Source: Planctomycetota bacterium
GTDB lineage: Bacteria; Planctomycetota; SZUA-567; H5-PLA8
Direction of reading: 5' to 3'
DNA: 64,000 nt
Assembly (NCBI GenBank): GCA_037129555.1
Contig: JBAXUS010000002.1
Location: forward strand, 15,598-79,597
The first letter of the stretch is position 1, and each line of letters opens with the position of its first letter. A model generated the notes under the pieces. It was not told the origin of the DNA. It searched no databases and saw nothing but the letters and a program-made list of their open reading frames with translations. A program made the translations under genes and the position numbers. Of this stretch, positions 62,846 to 64,000 are shown piece after piece.

Positions 62846-64000
62846 TTGACGAATCGAACCGCAGTCAATCGCCGCCAATTTCTTCATGCTGCTGGCGCGG
62901 CTTTGGCGTTGCCGTGGCTGGAATCGTTTACGTGTTTGGCGGAACCGGCACGGCCAAAGCGCATGGTTACGGTCATGACCAACATGGGCGTGATGCCGCG
63001 TTATTTCTTTCCAACGAAAACGGGACGAGACTACGAGGGCACTCCGTACCTCGATCTTCTGAAAAACCATCGCGAACGATTCACGATTTTAAGTGGCGTG
63101 TCGCATCCGGGCGTCGATGGAAATCATTCGTCGGAGCGGAGTTTCTTGAGCTGTGCGCCCCATCCTGGCGCGAGCAATTTCAAGAACAGCATTTCGCTCG
63201 ATCAGTTCGCCGCGGAACGGTTGGGCAATCAGACGCGCTTCGGATCGCTGATTTTATCGGTCGGCAAAGACCACATGGGCACACCCTCGATCACGCGCGA
63301 CGGCGTGCAATTGCCATCCGAGCGGCAGCCGTCCGCACTGTATCGCCGCCTGTTCGTTCAGGGCTCTCCGCAGGATGTCGATCGCAATATCGACGCGTTG
63401 CGCAAGGGCGGGAGCATCCTTGATTTTGTCCGCGACGAAGCGCGCGGCTTGGAGAAGAATTTGCCCGCCCGCGACAAGGAACGGCTGGACCAATACTTCA
63501 CCTCGGTGCGGGATTTGGAGCAGCGGTTGCAGCACGCGGAGGCGTGGGAGCGCAAGCCCAAGCCGCTCGTACAGACGCCCATTCCGAAAGACATTCCCGA
63601 CGAGGCCGAAGTGGAAGCGCAGGCGAATTTGATGTTCGACACGATGCGCCTCGCATTGGAAACCGACAGTACCCGCATCGTCACTATTTATCTCGGCCCA
63701 CTGCTGGTCACGCCCAAAATTCCCGGCGTGAAAAATCAGACGCACGCGCTCACGCATCATGGCAACGATGAAGCGAAGATCGTGGAGTTGAAGAAAATCG
63801 AAGAGGCCCAATTCCGCAGCTTGTCGCGTTTGCTCGATGGATTGAACGGCGTCAAAGAAGCAGGCGGTACACTGCTTGACAACACGATGCTCCTTTATGG
63901 TAGCAACCTCAGCAACGCCAACGCACACGACACCACAAACCTCCCGTTGATCTTCGCCGGAGGCGGATTCAAGCACGGCCAACATCTCGCGTTCGACAAA
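62846..64000 (+). CDS. DUF1552-family protein with twin-arginine signal peptide; 3' end beyond the window
   Basis: TTG start at 62846 after AAAGGAGAC. Translation LTNRTAVNRRQFLHAAGAALALPWLESF… has a Tat motif (RRQFL). Downstream are conserved DUF1552 blocks (…GVSHPGVDGNHSSERSFLSCA…LTHHGNDEAKIVELKKIE…LLYGSNLSNANAHDTTNLPLIFAGGGFKHGQHL…). Not in the ORF track because it has no stop in the window. Confidence 0.6.
   Translation, partial: MTNRTAVNRRQFLHAAGAALALPWLESFTCLAEPARPKRMVTVMTNMGVMPRYFFPTKTGRDYEGTPYLDLLKNHRERFTILSGVSHPGVDGNHSSERSFLSCAPHPGASNFKNSISLDQFAAERLGNQTRFGSLILSVGKDHMGTPSITRDGVQLPSERQPSALYRRLFVQGSPQDVDRNIDALRKGGSILDFVRDEARGLEKNLPARDKERLDQYFTSVRDLEQRLQHAEAWERKPKPLVQTPIPKDIPDEAEVEAQANLMFDTMRLALETDSTRIVTIYLGPLLVTPKIPGVKNQTHALTHHGNDEAKIVELKKIEEAQFRSLSRLLDGLNGVKEAGGTLLDNTMLLYGSNLSNANAHDTTNLPLIFAGGGFKHGQHLAFDK

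Noticed and set aside
63254-63985. 243-aa minus-strand ORF near the window end
   Set aside because: Antisense to the DUF1552 reading frame, which has a Tat signal, an RBS and conserved family blocks.
1-64000. Search for CRISPR arrays, tRNA or rRNA genes
   Set aside because: No regularly spaced direct repeats, cloverleaf-like segments or rRNA-like conserved blocks seen. The only dinucleotide repeat is the short (AT)7 at 16827-16840.

Overview
The window is about 64 kb of roughly 55% GC bacterial DNA. It holds an almost complete flagellar regulon (about 1-39200), followed by a small two-component signalling module with IS scars on either side (39364-45342), then a Wzx/Wzy-type exopolysaccharide locus (45589-60755). 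It ends with a Tat-signal DUF1552-family gene, which hints at a Planctomycetes/Verrucomicrobia/Acidobacteria-type host (inference only).

Flagellar genes:
- On the minus strand there is one long Bacillus/spirochaete-style operon: flgC-fliE-fliF-fliG-fliH-fliI-fliJ-ylxF-fliK-flgD-flgE-motA-motB-fliL-fliM-(REC-fliN)-fliO-fliP-fliQ-fliR-flhB. A near-consensus sigma-54 promoter (TGGCCT-N5-TTGCA) sits in front of flgC.
- Divergent from it on the plus strand is a FlgR-like sigma-54 activator that lacks a DNA-binding domain. After it come two large TPR envelope proteins and flgB (separated from flgC), then a MITE-like repeat.
- Next on the plus strand are an HDOD protein, flgM, flgF, flgG, flgA, flgH, flgI, a rod-binding-only flgJ, an flgN-like gene, flgK, flgL, fliW and csrA.
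- A degenerate bEBP-like AAA+/Fis-HTH regulator sits on the minus strand.
- After it come two tandem flagellins, fliD, fliS and a fliT-like gene.

The promoter pattern is mixed. Sigma-54 (-24/-12) promoters sit in front of flgC, flgF and fliD. Sigma-28-like promoters sit in front of flgM and both flagellins. Both flagellin leaders carry GGCA-[..GGA..]-UGCC hairpins plus AAGGAGG Shine-Dalgarno sequences, consistent with FliW-CsrA translational control.

No rRNA, tRNA or CRISPR array was recognised. All identifications come from reading motifs and ORF translations by eye; no database search was possible.
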